Below are positions 8,463 through 19,500 of a stretch of DNA of 64,000 nucleotides, in pieces (positions within the stretch are counted from its first letter, which is position 1; every line of letters begins with the position of its first letter). Origin of the DNA: a virus; the IMG/VR virus record IMGVR_UViG_3300046804_005798, positions 1 to 64,000 of that record. The stretch is one strand, 5' to 3'. A program made the translations under genes and the position numbers. The notes under the pieces are model-generated. The model did no database searches and was not told the origin of the DNA. It was given only the letters and a program-made list of their open reading frames with translations.

Positions 8463-8563
8463 TTATTTTTTTGTTAGGAGACTCTCACGAAGAGGACGTA
8501 AAAAATCTTTACAGTTTGATACTACTTTGTTAAATAGTAGAGATTTGTTTAAGGTGTTACAAA

Positions 8564-8701
8564 ATGACCACGGCACCAGCAAAGGATAATCGTAAAGAAG
8601 AGAAGGATAATATCTTTCTAGAAATTCTTTCTAATATTTTTGTTCAATTGCCAGCGATGGTTATTGTATGGATTATCTCTCAATTTACGTCAGAAAGATA
8701 A
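8564..8701 (+). CDS. Small hypothetical protein (45 aa)
   Basis: MTTAPAKDNRKEEKDNIFLEILSNIFVQLPAMVIVWIISQFTSER, AAGGTG SD. Confidence 0.5.
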   Translation: MTTAPAKDNRKEEKDNIFLEILSNIFVQLPAMVIVWIISQFTSER

Positions 8702-9523
8702 TCTAGCGGATAATTTTTTAGCAATCTTTTTAGCAGGGGCAAAGAGAGACTTAAATCTTTCTTTGCCTTCTTTTGTGAATTTATCTTTGATTACATCATC
8801 AATAATGATTTTATTATCAATCTCGTAGAGAGCATTGATTTCTACTTGATCACGAATATATTGTTCTACATTAGAGACTTGCTCTACAAGTCTTGTACCT
8901 TCGGCAGAATATTCGAAGATATCAATGTGTCCACCTTCTGCTAGGACGTAATGCAAAACGGGTTTGACTTGTTTGATTTTAATCTTAAACTTATTTTTTG
9001 TTGCTTCTTTGATGATTGGTTCTGCTGCATTTTTAACTACATTCAAAACTGTTGTAGATACCATCGTAGCAGCAGTGGTTACTACTGCGACAGCACCAGC
9101 CGTAGCAACAAGAGAAGGGTCAGGTAAATTAATATCGATTCCATTTATAGTAAAGGTTGGGGTAGTTGATTTATCTGCTGGGATCTCTGCTATTGGTATT
9201 GGAGTTTGAGATGGGGGGGTTTGAGTAATCTGAGGCAGTTGAGGGGGAGGGGTAGTATCTGGCAATCCTCTTTCCTTTGGTTTTTCTTCCTGTTGTTGTT
9301 TTTCGCGTTCTGCTTTTACTGCAGCATCAAACTCTGCTTGAGTTGGAACATTAATAACTGGATATTTAATCGTAGTATTTGGAGCATCTATAATAGGTAC
9401 TTCTAATCCGCGAACCACTGGTGCTTCTGTTGATCTAACAACTGGGGGATTTATTGTTGGAATGATACTAGGACCAGTAATTCTTATGTCAGTGCTTTGT
9501 ATCTCAATTGGGTTTATTTCCAT
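8690..9523 (-). CDS. Pro-rich hypothetical membrane protein
   Basis: 277-aa ORF with central hydrophobic segment. Confidence 0.75.
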   Translation of the reverse strand: MEINPIEIQSTDIRITGPSIIPTINPPVVRSTEAPVVRGLEVPIIDAPNTTIKYPVINVPTQAEFDAAVKAEREKQQQEEKPKERGLPDTTPPPQLPQITQTPPSQTPIPIAEIPADKSTTPTFTINGIDINLPDPSLVATAGAVAVVTTAATMVSTTVLNVVKNAAEPIIKEATKNKFKIKIKQVKPVLHYVLAEGGHIDIFEYSAEGTRLVEQVSNVEQYIRDQVEINALYEIDNKIIIDDVIKDKFTKEGKERFKSLFAPAKKIAKKLSARLSF

Positions 9524-9585
9524 ACGTTTTAGTATTCTAATTAATACTTATTATAAATAATACTGATAATATATTTAAGATAATT

Positions 9586-10251
9586 ATGAAATATTATACT
9601 TATGCATATTTGTGTGAAGATGGAACACCTTATTATATTGGCAAAGGGAAAGAAAATAGAATATACAAAAAACATATTGTTCCAATTCCCACAGAGGATA
9701 GAATTTTATTTTTGAAGAAAAATATTTCTGAAGAAGATGCAATTAAACACGAAGTTTATATGATTTCAATATTTGGTAGAAAAAATAATGGAACTGGAAT
9801 TTTGAGAAATCTTACTGATGGTGGCGAAGGAAGTTCTGGAAGAAAATTATCAAAAGAAACTATTGAAAGAATGAGTATTGCTGCTAAAAATCGCAAGATA
9901 AGTGATGAAGGACGAAAAAAATTAAGTGAAAGAAGTAAAAGAATGGGAAAATGGAAAGGTGAAGATAATCCAGGATCAAAAATGAAGGGATTAAAAAGAG
10001 ATAAACCTTTCACTGAAGAACATAAGAAAAAAATTTCATTATCAAATACTGGAAAAAAACATAATAGAGACATTAAACCATTGACAAATTGCAGAAAAAT
10101 AAAAGTTTATTTTGTTGATGGTTCTATTATTGAATGTTGGGGTATTAGAGAATTTGAAAGGCAATACGGATATTTACCAAAACCAGATAATAGAACTGGA
10201 AAATTTTATGGTAAAGCAAAAAATATATTAAAAGTAGAAACTATTTTGTAA
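9586..10251 (+). CDS. GIY-YIG-like homing endonuclease with NUMOD3 motifs
   Basis: YYTYAY...PYYIGKG, NLTDGGEG, FTEEHKKKIS; paralogous to 6598; TATAAATA at 9552. Confidence 0.85.
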   Translation: MKYYTYAYLCEDGTPYYIGKGKENRIYKKHIVPIPTEDRILFLKKNISEEDAIKHEVYMISIFGRKNNGTGILRNLTDGGEGSSGRKLSKETIERMSIAAKNRKISDEGRKKLSERSKRMGKWKGEDNPGSKMKGLKRDKPFTEEHKKKISLSNTGKKHNRDIKPLTNCRKIKVYFVDGSIIECWGIREFERQYGYLPKPDNRTGKFYGKAKNILKVETIL

Positions 10252-10837
10252 TTTTAGAAATAACTTTGCCATCACCAGTCATTAAATATCCATTTGGTGA
10301 TGGTCCAACTATATCAGCACATACTTTTCCATAAGGACTTTTTGGATGAAAGAATCCACCAGATTTAATTACTTCTAAGCACTTCAAAATTCTTACAATC
10401 TCAAAATCTAAACGACTTTTTTCATATTCACTTTGCTGCCTAGCAATTTCGGTTGCCGCTCTTTTCTTACATAATTCCATTAAATTTCCATCTAATGGAA
10501 TATTGAGACCAGCAGAGACTCCCCAGTTGCCATTTCTCGAAGCAAAACTTTCTGGATCATCACTATTATTGCCACTGTGCATTAAAAATGGTGATATTGA
10601 AAATGTTGCTCCTTGGCAACTAACTCCACCACCATATGTATTAACTGCATAAGGACCTTGCAATACTTGAACCGCTTGATTGGTTACATTGCCCGTAGCA
10701 GATGCTGAAGGTCCTGCAATGTTTGTATTACTTGGTGCTGGAGTACTTTGTGCGAATGCGGTTCCAGTTGAAATTATTGTGTAAAGACAGAGATTGATGT
10801 AGTGGTTGATTGTGTTTCTGTAGTGCGGTCTATCCAT
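10241..10837 (-). CDS. Exported hypothetical protein
   Basis: Signal-like TAFAQ, Cys pairs; start uncertain. Confidence 0.7.
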   Translation of the reverse strand: MDRPHYRNTINHYINLCLYTIISTGTAFAQSTPAPSNTNIAGPSASATGNVTNQAVQVLQGPYAVNTYGGGVSCQGATFSISPFLMHSGNNSDDPESFASRNGNWGVSAGLNIPLDGNLMELCKKRAATEIARQQSEYEKSRLDFEIVRILKCLEVIKSGGFFHPKSPYGKVCADIVGPSPNGYLMTGDGKVISKITK

Positions 10838-11133
10838 GTTTCTTTAGCCACTCCAGGGCCGAGATAGGTTTCACTGAACTGGAATGGGGCACCTTGGGTC
10901 ATGATACTATAATTTGCTCCCTGTTGGGGAGCACCAGGAATGTTAATATTAGTTCCAGATACAGTATAAGATGTGCCAGTTGTATATTCAACTTGGCGAA
11001 TAGTTTCTATTATTTTTGTAGTAGATTCTGTAGTCGCATTGATTGTGCCCCTAGTAAAATTAGGCACAACACTTTCTGCTAGGGCAGGACAAGAAAACCC
11101 TAGCAGGAACAAACCTGCTAGGATATGTCTCAT
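10774..11133 (-). CDS. Exported hypothetical protein
   Basis: Signal peptide ending PALA, VVPNFTRG. Confidence 0.75.
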   Translation of the reverse strand: MRHILAGLFLLGFSCPALAESVVPNFTRGTINATTESTTKIIETIRQVEYTTGTSYTVSGTNINIPGAPQQGANYSIMTQGAPFQFSETYLGPGVAKETWIDRTTETQSTTTSISVFTQ

Positions 11134-11591
11134 TTGAATACGCTCAACTCAATGCTACGTTGTGCAGTTGCTGTAGTTCCTGCTCCACCAGCAGTAACAG
11201 TAGGAACACCAGTGGGTGATAATGTTCCTGCAAGAGTACCTTTTTCTCCACCAACTTGAGTTACACTATCTCCATAGAGATTTGGAGAACCAATAACACC
11301 ATTAGTAACTGTTTGATTTGTTACAGGGGTATCAGCAGCATTGAAACTTTCTGAGAAAGTAAATGCTTGTCCTGGAGTATTGATATCATAGGTTCCAGCA
11401 CCACCTACACCACCAAAGGATGTGGATTGGATATTGGTTCCTGATGCTGAATAAGAAGCACCAATTCGTGTTGATTGAACTGCGGCACCATCAACTTTCA
11501 ATTGTACGGAGTCAGTAATTCTTGATGTGATTTCAGCAGCATTAACTGGGATTGCGAAGAATAACGAAAAGGCCAATAGAAGTCTTTTCAT
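11130..11591 (-). CDS. Exported hypothetical protein
   Basis: Signal peptide ending VNA, Thr/Gly/Ser-rich beta-type sequence. Confidence 0.75.
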   Translation of the reverse strand: MKRLLLAFSLFFAIPVNAAEITSRITDSVQLKVDGAAVQSTRIGASYSASGTNIQSTSFGGVGGAGTYDINTPGQAFTFSESFNAADTPVTNQTVTNGVIGSPNLYGDSVTQVGGEKGTLAGTLSPTGVPTVTAGGAGTTATAQRSIELSVFK

Positions 11592-11678
11592 TTTTCTTAT
11601 TTTGTTGTAAACACTATGAGTATTTAGTGTTTATGGTACATTCAATTTGAATAAATAATTGAAAGTATAATAAGAAAA

Positions 11679-12014
11679 ATGTCAGTTGCTGAAATTAGTA
11701 ATTTGGTGATTTACAAGGGTACTGATTTTTCTGCAACATTTAATCTGTTTAATCCCGATAGTTCTGCTGCTATTCTTTCTGGATTGACTACTTCTTATGC
11801 TAAAATTCGTAAACATCCTACATCAACAAATTATCAAGAATTTTCTAAAACAATTGCATCTTCTACTGGCACCATTACTCTTAGTTTGACATCAACTCAA
11901 ACTGAACAGTTAAGTGAAGGTAGAAATTATTTTGATGTTATATTGACATTATACGAACAAAAAACTTCAGTTCTTAAAGGAACTGCAATGGTCTACGAGA
12001 GTGCATCTGTATGA
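11679..12014 (+). CDS. Putative virion/tail accessory protein
   Basis: IYKGTDF..F...AKIRKH...GRNYFDV Ig-like pattern; upstream ATAAATA. Confidence 0.6.
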   Translation: MSVAEISNLVIYKGTDFSATFNLFNPDSSAAILSGLTTSYAKIRKHPTSTNYQEFSKTIASSTGTITLSLTSTQTEQLSEGRNYFDVILTLYEQKTSVLKGTAMVYESASV

Positions 12015-12352
12015 CTTATAAAGTTTCTCTTTCTTCCGGAAATAATTACTCTGTAAAAATACCTCAATCCCAAAAATATAAAATAAATTATCAACCCATA
12101 ACACAACTCATGCCACAATCATTAAGCGAACTAACGGATGTTGAATTGAGTGGTAATAATTACGATAAGTATGTTTTATTATATGATTCCATTTCTGGAA
12201 AATGGAAGGATGTGAATCCAGATGAGGTGTTGTCCGCAGCAACTACAACTCTTGATGCAAATAGAACAACATACACTCTTCCAACTGATTTTGAAGATAA
12301 GTTGGCTATAGACCTTGATAATAAAATTGATGTTGATGGTGGATTCTTTTAG
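12011..12352 (+). CDS. Putative tail-associated protein
   Basis: LSELTDV..VLLYD..SGKW motif, ends VDGGFF. Confidence 0.6.
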   Translation: MTYKVSLSSGNNYSVKIPQSQKYKINYQPITQLMPQSLSELTDVELSGNNYDKYVLLYDSISGKWKDVNPDEVLSAATTTLDANRTTYTLPTDFEDKLAIDLDNKIDVDGGFF

Positions 12353-12427
12353 TCTGCATATTTGATAAATAGTAAAAAACTCTTATATAAGAGTTTCTAG
12401 GGTATATACCACTAATGCGAGGATTGA

Positions 12428-15400
12428 ATGGCAGATCCTACTATTAAAATTAAACGGTCCGGAGTTGCGGGAAAAATTCCGACCGTAGATAATTTGCAAC
12501 TCGGTGAATTAGCTGTTAATACTTTTGATGGAAAATTATATATTGAGAAAGATCAAAGTAGTGTGGGAATAGCAACTACAATTATTGTAGTTAATCCTTG
12601 GTCTGTAGGAACAGGAACGAACACCTATAATACTTATTTTAATTCCGGTTTTGTTGGAATTGGAACCACAAATCCATCATCAAAATTATCCGTAGTTGGT
12701 GATGGATTATTTACTGGAGTTGTAACAGCATCATCATTCAGTGGTAATGCTTTAAGTGCTACTTATGCAGACGTAGCTGGAGTATCTACAAGTGTTATAG
12801 GTGGTATAGGTTCCATTACACAACTTAATGTTTCTGGTGTTTCAACATTAGGTATTACTAGTGCCACTAATTTAACAACCCAAAACATTAATAACTCTGG
12901 TGTTACAACTACCAACTCTCTGAACATTGGTGCAACACAGGTCATTAGTTCTGCAAGACAACTTCAGAACATTGTTTCACTTGATGATACTACTACAGCA
13001 ACAATTGAATCTGCAATTCAAAATGCAACTAATAATTTTACAAACCTTCAAGTAACAGGCATCTCAACTCTTGGAGTCACTAGTGCTACAAACTTAACAG
13101 CACAACAACTTAATGTTAGTGGTTTATCAACTTTTGCAGGTATTACCACTCATACGGAATCACTCTTTGGAACTCAAGCATCCTTTACTGGCATAGTAAC
13201 AGCATCATCATTCAGTGGTAATGCATCAAGTGCTACTTATGCTACCATAGCAGGAGTATCTACAGATGTTATAGGGGGTATTGCATCAGTTACTTCATTA
13301 AGTGTAAGTGGTATAAGCACTTTAGATGGTGCTTCTACAACTAATTTAACAGCACAACAATTAAACGTTTCTGGCATAACAACAGTCGGATTTATTACTG
13401 CAACAAACCTATATGTTGCTGGTGTTGGAACTTTCTTGTCTTCTGGATTAAATATAAGAAACCCAGAAAATACTTTTGGTTATACAATTGCTGGTAATGC
13501 AATTACTGCTGATAGAATTCTTACATTACCAGTCGTCACATCAAACACTGGTATTGCAGTAACCGGATTAAATCAATCATTTACTGGAACTCAAACATTT
13601 TCTTCGTTAACCGCAACTAGCACTCTTACTGTTTCTGGTACTCTTTCTGTTACTAGTGCAAACATTACTCATACTGGAACTACTGAAAACTTTACTGCTG
13701 CATCATATACTACAGGTACAGTCACAATAGGTGGTCCATTACAAACTGGTACAATTACTGTAGGACAAGCAACAACATCACAAACACTTAACCTTGCTAC
13801 TGGTGTTTCTCTTGCATCTACAACCAAGACAATCAACTTTGGTACTGGTGGTGCTTCTGGTTCCTTTACTCAAATCAACATTGGACCAACTGCTGGTGTC
13901 GGTACTGTTATTATTAACTCTGGAACTAGACTTGGTATTGGTTCTGCAATTCCAAGAGCGGCACTTGATGTAGTTGGTGATGGAAGAGTTTCTGGTGTAG
14001 TCACAGCAATCACTTTTATTGGTGCTCTTACAGGAACTGCAACAACAGCCTCAAGTGTTGTAGTAGATTCTGTAGGACTTGGAACTCATACTTACGGTGA
14101 TTATGTCAGAGATATTACAGGAACATCCAACCAAATCACAGTTACTTCTGGAACTGGTGAAGGTTCAACACCAACTTTAAGTCTTCCAAATAATCTAGTT
14201 CTTCCTCAAGATGTGACGGTTACAAGAGATCTTCAAGTCAATCGTAACTTAAATGTAACTGGAAATATTACTCTTGGTGGTACAACTGCATTTATTAATG
14301 TTCAAGAATTGGTAGTTAGTGATCCTGATCTTGTTCTTGGATATAGAACAGATGCATTTGGTAATGATATTTCAAATGATAATACTGCAAATCATGGTGG
14401 TATTGCAGTTGCATCTACTGAAGGAACTCCATTAGTTAGTTTGTTTATTGCTGGTATTGAAACTACACCTGCTACATATAAGAAAATTATGTGGTTTAAG
14501 TCTGGTACTTTTGCTGGACTTGGAACTGATGCTTGGTTAACTAATTATGCTGTTGGTATTGGTTCTACTCAATTCCCAACAGGAACAAGACTTGCTGCTG
14601 GTTCAGTTCAATTTACTGAAAATGATTTAGCAGTTGTAAGAAACATTAATGCTTCTGGTATTGGTACAATTCCAACTCTATCAGGTACTACAGCAACTTA
14701 TAACACTGGTAACTTTACTACTGGTAATATTGTAACTGGTGTTGTCACTAACATCTCTGGTACTAATCTTAATTATACTGGTGTTGGTACTATAACGACT
14801 CTTAATAGTACAACAGGAAATATAACAACTCTTAATAGTACTACTGCTAATATTGTTACTGGTGTTGTTACAGATATTTCAGGTACTAATCTTAATTATA
14901 CTGGTGTTGGTACTATAACGACTCTTAATAGTACTGATGCTAATTTAACAAACATTAATTCAACTGGCATCAGTACTCTTGGAGTTACAAGTGCAACTAA
15001 TTTAACTGCACAACAACTCAATGTTTCTGGTGTCTCAACACTTGGAGTTACCACATTCACAGGTGCCGTAAGTTTTGGAACTTCTGCTTACTTTGGCGAT
15101 AATAGTAGGTTGTATTTAGGTGATAGTAATGATCTGCAAATTTATCATAATGGAAATGATAGCGTAATTTCAGATTCTGGATTTGGGCAACTTTACATAG
15201 GAACTAATGGAAGTAGAGTAGAGATAAGCAAAGGTTATGGAACTGAATCAATGGCTAGGTTCCTCACAGACGGTGCAGTAGAACTCTATTACGATAACTC
15301 TAAAGAATTTGAAACCACTGGATACGGTGCTACTGTCTTTGGAGTTCTTCAATCACAAGGACTTCAAGTTAATTCTGGTGTCTCAACAGTTGGTTTCTTA

Positions 15401-16495
15401 ACGGCAACCAATATCTGGAATGCTGGCATCACAACCTCTTCAAGACTTACCCTGAACGGAGCAAATGACACCACAGATGGTGGAGGACAGATATATCTTA
15501 ATGGAGCAACGGGAAACCGTATTGACTTTAATAATAATGGTGTTGCTGCTCCTACAATTACAACAAGAAGTGCTGGAACCAAGATAGTTTTATATCCAAA
15601 TGTAGGTGGTTCTACTGTTGATTATGCACTTGGTATTGATAATGGCACTTTATGGTATACCATTCCATCTGCACAAAATACCAGACAACACCGTTGGTAT
15701 GCAGGAACCACACAACTCGCAGACCTCAAAGGTAGTGGTGAATTAGTTATTGGTTCTACGAGTCTCACAGGAACTGCAACTCAAAGACTTCAAGTTGCTG
15801 GTGGTGCTTATATTAGTAGTTCTGTTGGTATAGGAACCACAAATCCAGAGAAACTTTTACATTTATCAACTTTTGTTGCAACTCCACTCATTATACAAAG
15901 AACAACAGTCAATAATAGTGCAGCAGAATATAGAAATACTACTGCTTCTATGTGGGCAGGTTTATTAAGTAATGCAACTGGATGGGGTGTTGGAGCAACA
16001 GCAGATTTAGGTGCTGATGCTCAAATTGTAGTTACAAGAACAGGTGGAGAATTACTAGTAGGAAGTGTATCCGCAACAGGAACAGCATCACAAAGACTAC
16101 AAGTTACTGGTGGTGCTTATGTAAGTGGTAATCTTGGTGTTGGAATTACAATTCCAACATCATCTTTACATGTTGTCGGTAATGCTTATATTACCGGAGT
16201 TACAACTTCTACTGACTTTGATTCACTTTCTGATATAAATTTCAAAACAAATATCAATCAAATTACAAACCCACTTGAAAAGGTAATGCAGATTCGTGGC
16301 GTTACCTTTAATTGGAAGGATGGCAATCGTAATTCTGCTGGTGTTATCGCACAAGAAATTGAAAAAGTCTTACCAGAACTGGTTCATGGTGAAGAAACCA
16401 AGACAGTAAACTATAATGGGTTGATTGGTTTGTTGATTGAATGTGTGAAAAAACAACAAGAAGAGATTAATGAGCTAAAGAGAAAAGTCAACTAA
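12428..16495 (+). CDS. Long tail fibre with C-terminal intramolecular chaperone (S74-like)
   Basis: IKIKRS..GELAVNTFDGKLY N-terminus, VGIGTTNP repeats, SDINFKTNI...RGVTFNWK...GVIAQE..coiled coil. Confidence 0.88.
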   Translation: MADPTIKIKRSGVAGKIPTVDNLQLGELAVNTFDGKLYIEKDQSSVGIATTIIVVNPWSVGTGTNTYNTYFNSGFVGIGTTNPSSKLSVVGDGLFTGVVTASSFSGNALSATYADVAGVSTSVIGGIGSITQLNVSGVSTLGITSATNLTTQNINNSGVTTTNSLNIGATQVISSARQLQNIVSLDDTTTATIESAIQNATNNFTNLQVTGISTLGVTSATNLTAQQLNVSGLSTFAGITTHTESLFGTQASFTGIVTASSFSGNASSATYATIAGVSTDVIGGIASVTSLSVSGISTLDGASTTNLTAQQLNVSGITTVGFITATNLYVAGVGTFLSSGLNIRNPENTFGYTIAGNAITADRILTLPVVTSNTGIAVTGLNQSFTGTQTFSSLTATSTLTVSGTLSVTSANITHTGTTENFTAASYTTGTVTIGGPLQTGTITVGQATTSQTLNLATGVSLASTTKTINFGTGGASGSFTQINIGPTAGVGTVIINSGTRLGIGSAIPRAALDVVGDGRVSGVVTAITFIGALTGTATTASSVVVDSVGLGTHTYGDYVRDITGTSNQITVTSGTGEGSTPTLSLPNNLVLPQDVTVTRDLQVNRNLNVTGNITLGGTTAFINVQELVVSDPDLVLGYRTDAFGNDISNDNTANHGGIAVASTEGTPLVSLFIAGIETTPATYKKIMWFKSGTFAGLGTDAWLTNYAVGIGSTQFPTGTRLAAGSVQFTENDLAVVRNINASGIGTIPTLSGTTATYNTGNFTTGNIVTGVVTNISGTNLNYTGVGTITTLNSTTGNITTLNSTTANIVTGVVTDISGTNLNYTGVGTITTLNSTDANLTNINSTGISTLGVTSATNLTAQQLNVSGVSTLGVTTFTGAVSFGTSAYFGDNSRLYLGDSNDLQIYHNGNDSVISDSGFGQLYIGTNGSRVEISKGYGTESMARFLTDGAVELYYDNSKEFETTGYGATVFGVLQSQGLQVNSGVSTVGFLTATNIWNAGITTSSRLTLNGANDTTDGGGQIYLNGATGNRIDFNNNGVAAPTITTRSAGTKIVLYPNVGGSTVDYALGIDNGTLWYTIPSAQNTRQHRWYAGTTQLADLKGSGELVIGSTSLTGTATQRLQVAGGAYISSSVGIGTTNPEKLLHLSTFVATPLIIQRTTVNNSAAEYRNTTASMWAGLLSNATGWGVGATADLGADAQIVVTRTGGELLVGSVSATGTASQRLQVTGGAYVSGNLGVGITIPTSSLHVVGNAYITGVTTSTDFDSLSDINFKTNINQITNPLEKVMQIRGVTFNWKDGNRNSAGVIAQEIEKVLPELVHGEETKTVNYNGLIGLLIECVKKQQEEINELKRKVN

Positions 16496-16533
16496 ATAAT
16501 ACAAAATACCCAGTGGAAACACGAAGACGGTAA

Positions 16534-19500
16534 ATGGCAATAAAAATCATAGGTTCTACTATCATCGATGATAGTAGAAATATAGTTAACGCTGGTATTG
16601 CAACTGTAACTTCCGTAAGCATCGGTAATACGCAAGTTGTCAGTTCTGCAAGACAACTTCAGAATATTATCTCTCTGGATGCAACAACAACTGCAACGAT
16701 TGAATCTGCAATTGCTAATGCTCCTAATACCTTTACTGATTTAAGTGTTTCGGGTGTTAGCACTCTTGGTGTTACAAGTGCTACAAACTTAACAGCACAA
16801 CAACTGAATGTTTCTGGTGTTTCTACTTTAGGAACTGTTCAAATATTATCCGGTATCGTTACAGCAACTTCTGGTGTTGTGACTTATTATGGTGATGGTT
16901 CTAAACTTACTGATATTCAAGTATCATCAACTTCTGGAATTGCCACTTATGCATCAACTGCTGGTATAGCAACTTATTCATCAACTTCTGGAATTGCCAC
17001 TTATGCATCAACTGCTGGTATAGCAACTTATTCATCAACTTCTGGAATTGCTACTTATGCAAATGATGCCGGTGTAGCATCTTATGCAATTTATGCGGCA
17101 TCTGCAGGAATTGCTACTTATGCTAATAATGCAGGTATAGCAACTTACGCATCAACTGCTGGTATAGCAACTTATGCATCAACAGCAGGAGTATCCACTG
17201 CACTTCAAAACTCAAGAACTTTTGAAATCACTGGTGACGTTGTTGCATCACAAATCAGTTTTGATGGAACCGGTAATGTATCACTTGCAGCCACCATTCA
17301 ACCAAATTCTGTTGCTCTTGGAACTGATACTACGGGCGATTATGTAACTAACATTACAGGAACATCCAACCAAATCACAGTTACTTCTGGAACTGGTGAA
17401 GGTTCAACACCAACTTTAAGTATTCCGAATCAGTTTACTGCACCACAAGATGTAACAGTTACCAGAGACTTGCAAGTTGATCGTAATTTAAATGTAAATG
17501 GTAATATCACGATTGGTGGAACATCTGCTACAATTTTCTCATCGACACTAAACATTTATGATCCAGATATTGTTTTAGGTGTAAGAACTGATGGAAGTGG
17601 TAATGATGCTTCAACGGATAACACAGCAAATCATGGTGGTATTGCGATTGCATCAACTGAAGGAACCCCACTAGTTTCACTTTATGATGTTGGTGTTGGG
17701 GAAACTAATCCATCCACATATAAAAAGTTTATGTGGTTTAAATCGGGTACTTTCTCTGGACTTGGAACAGATGCTTGGATTAGTAATTATGCTATTGGTA
17801 TTGGTTCAACACAAGTTCCAAATGGAGTAAGACTTGCTGCTGGTGGAATGCAAGTTACTGATACAACAGTAAGTACTCCGCAGTTAAGTGTTTCGGGTGT
17901 TTCTACATTCACTGGAACCGTAAGTTTTGGAACTTCTGCTTACTTTGGTGATAATAATAGAGCATATTTTGGTGATAGTAATGATTTAGAGATTTATCAT
18001 AGTGGAACTAATAGTTTTATTTTAGATAATGGAACTGGAAATCTTGTTTTAGGAACAAATGGAGACAGAGTTTCCATAGTAAAAGGAACTGGAACAGAAA
18101 CTCTTGCAAGATTTAATATAGATGATTCTGTAGAACTTTGGTTTAATAATGTAAAAGAATTTGAAACCACTGGATACGGTGCAACAGTCTTTGGAACTTT
18201 ACAGACACAAGGACTTCAAGTTAATTCTGGTGTCTCAACAGTCGGTTTCTTAACGGCAACTAATATTTGGAATTCTGGTATAACCACATCATCATCATTC
18301 GTAAAATCTGGAGGAACTTCAAATGAGTTCCTCAAAGCAGATGGATCTGTTGATTCATCTACTTATTTAACTTCTTATACTGAAACTGATACTTTAGATT
18401 CTATCACTACAAGAGGCAATACTACAACTAATGGTATTTCTGTAGGAATCTTAACAGCAACTTCTGGTAACTTTAGTGGTATTATAACTTCTTCTGGTGC
18501 TAATGTTTCTGGAATAACTACAATATCAGTCAATAGTCCCACTGATGCAGCATTAAGAATTACTCAACTTGGATCTGGAAATGCTCTTGTAGTTGAAGAT
18601 GAAACAAATCCAGATTCAACTCCATTTGTTATTGATGCCTCTGGTTCTGTTGGTATTGGAACCACAAATCCAGGATCAAAACTTACTGTTAATGGTGCAG
18701 TACAAATACAACAAGATTCTGGTTCTAATAATAGACTTGTTTTTAGAGGACAACCTGGATCTTCTTATCGTTGGAATATTGATAACTATTCATCCTCCAA
18801 TGAATTTAGAATTTTTAGAGAAGATGATGCTACTGCGGCAAATGGATTTTCTCCCTTTAGTATTAGCACTACCGGTACTTTAACTGCTAATAAATTTTCT
18901 GGTGATGGTTCTTTACTTACAGGTATTACAGCATCAGGTAGTGGTGTTGCAATACAAAATCAAGGTTCTAACGTTGGAACTGCTACCACTATAAATTTCA
19001 GTACAAATCTAACAGCATCATTTTCTTCTGGTACTGCAACTATATCTCTTTCTAATAATCCTTCAATCAGTGGCATACTTACAGCAGACCAAGTTTATAC
19101 ATCAAATAATGGTAACGGACAAAATATAAGAATAGGTGATGATTTTTGGTTGGGTGATGTTAATGTAGCAAATACTACACGTTTTTCTGGTGCTCAAGAT
19201 AGCACCAGAGCGTTTGTTATTTTTGGTAGTTCTGATGATGTTGCATTAGGAAGAACTGGAACAGGTCCTTTATATTATGGAGGAAATTTTAATGCTGCTG
19301 GAATATCTACACTTGGCATTACTTCTACCACTAACTTAACAACGCAACAACTGAATGTTTCTGGTATTGGCACATTCCAATCAAGCAATCTAAAAATAAG
19401 AAACCCAGCAAACACTTTTGAATATTCTATTGTTGGTTCTGCAATTGCTGCAAACAGAAACCTTACATTACCTTTAATTACTAGTAATGATACTGTTGCA

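Noticed and set aside
16924-17193. CRISPR-like or guide-RNA array
   Set aside because: Contiguous in-frame 27-nt coding repeats with no unique spacers
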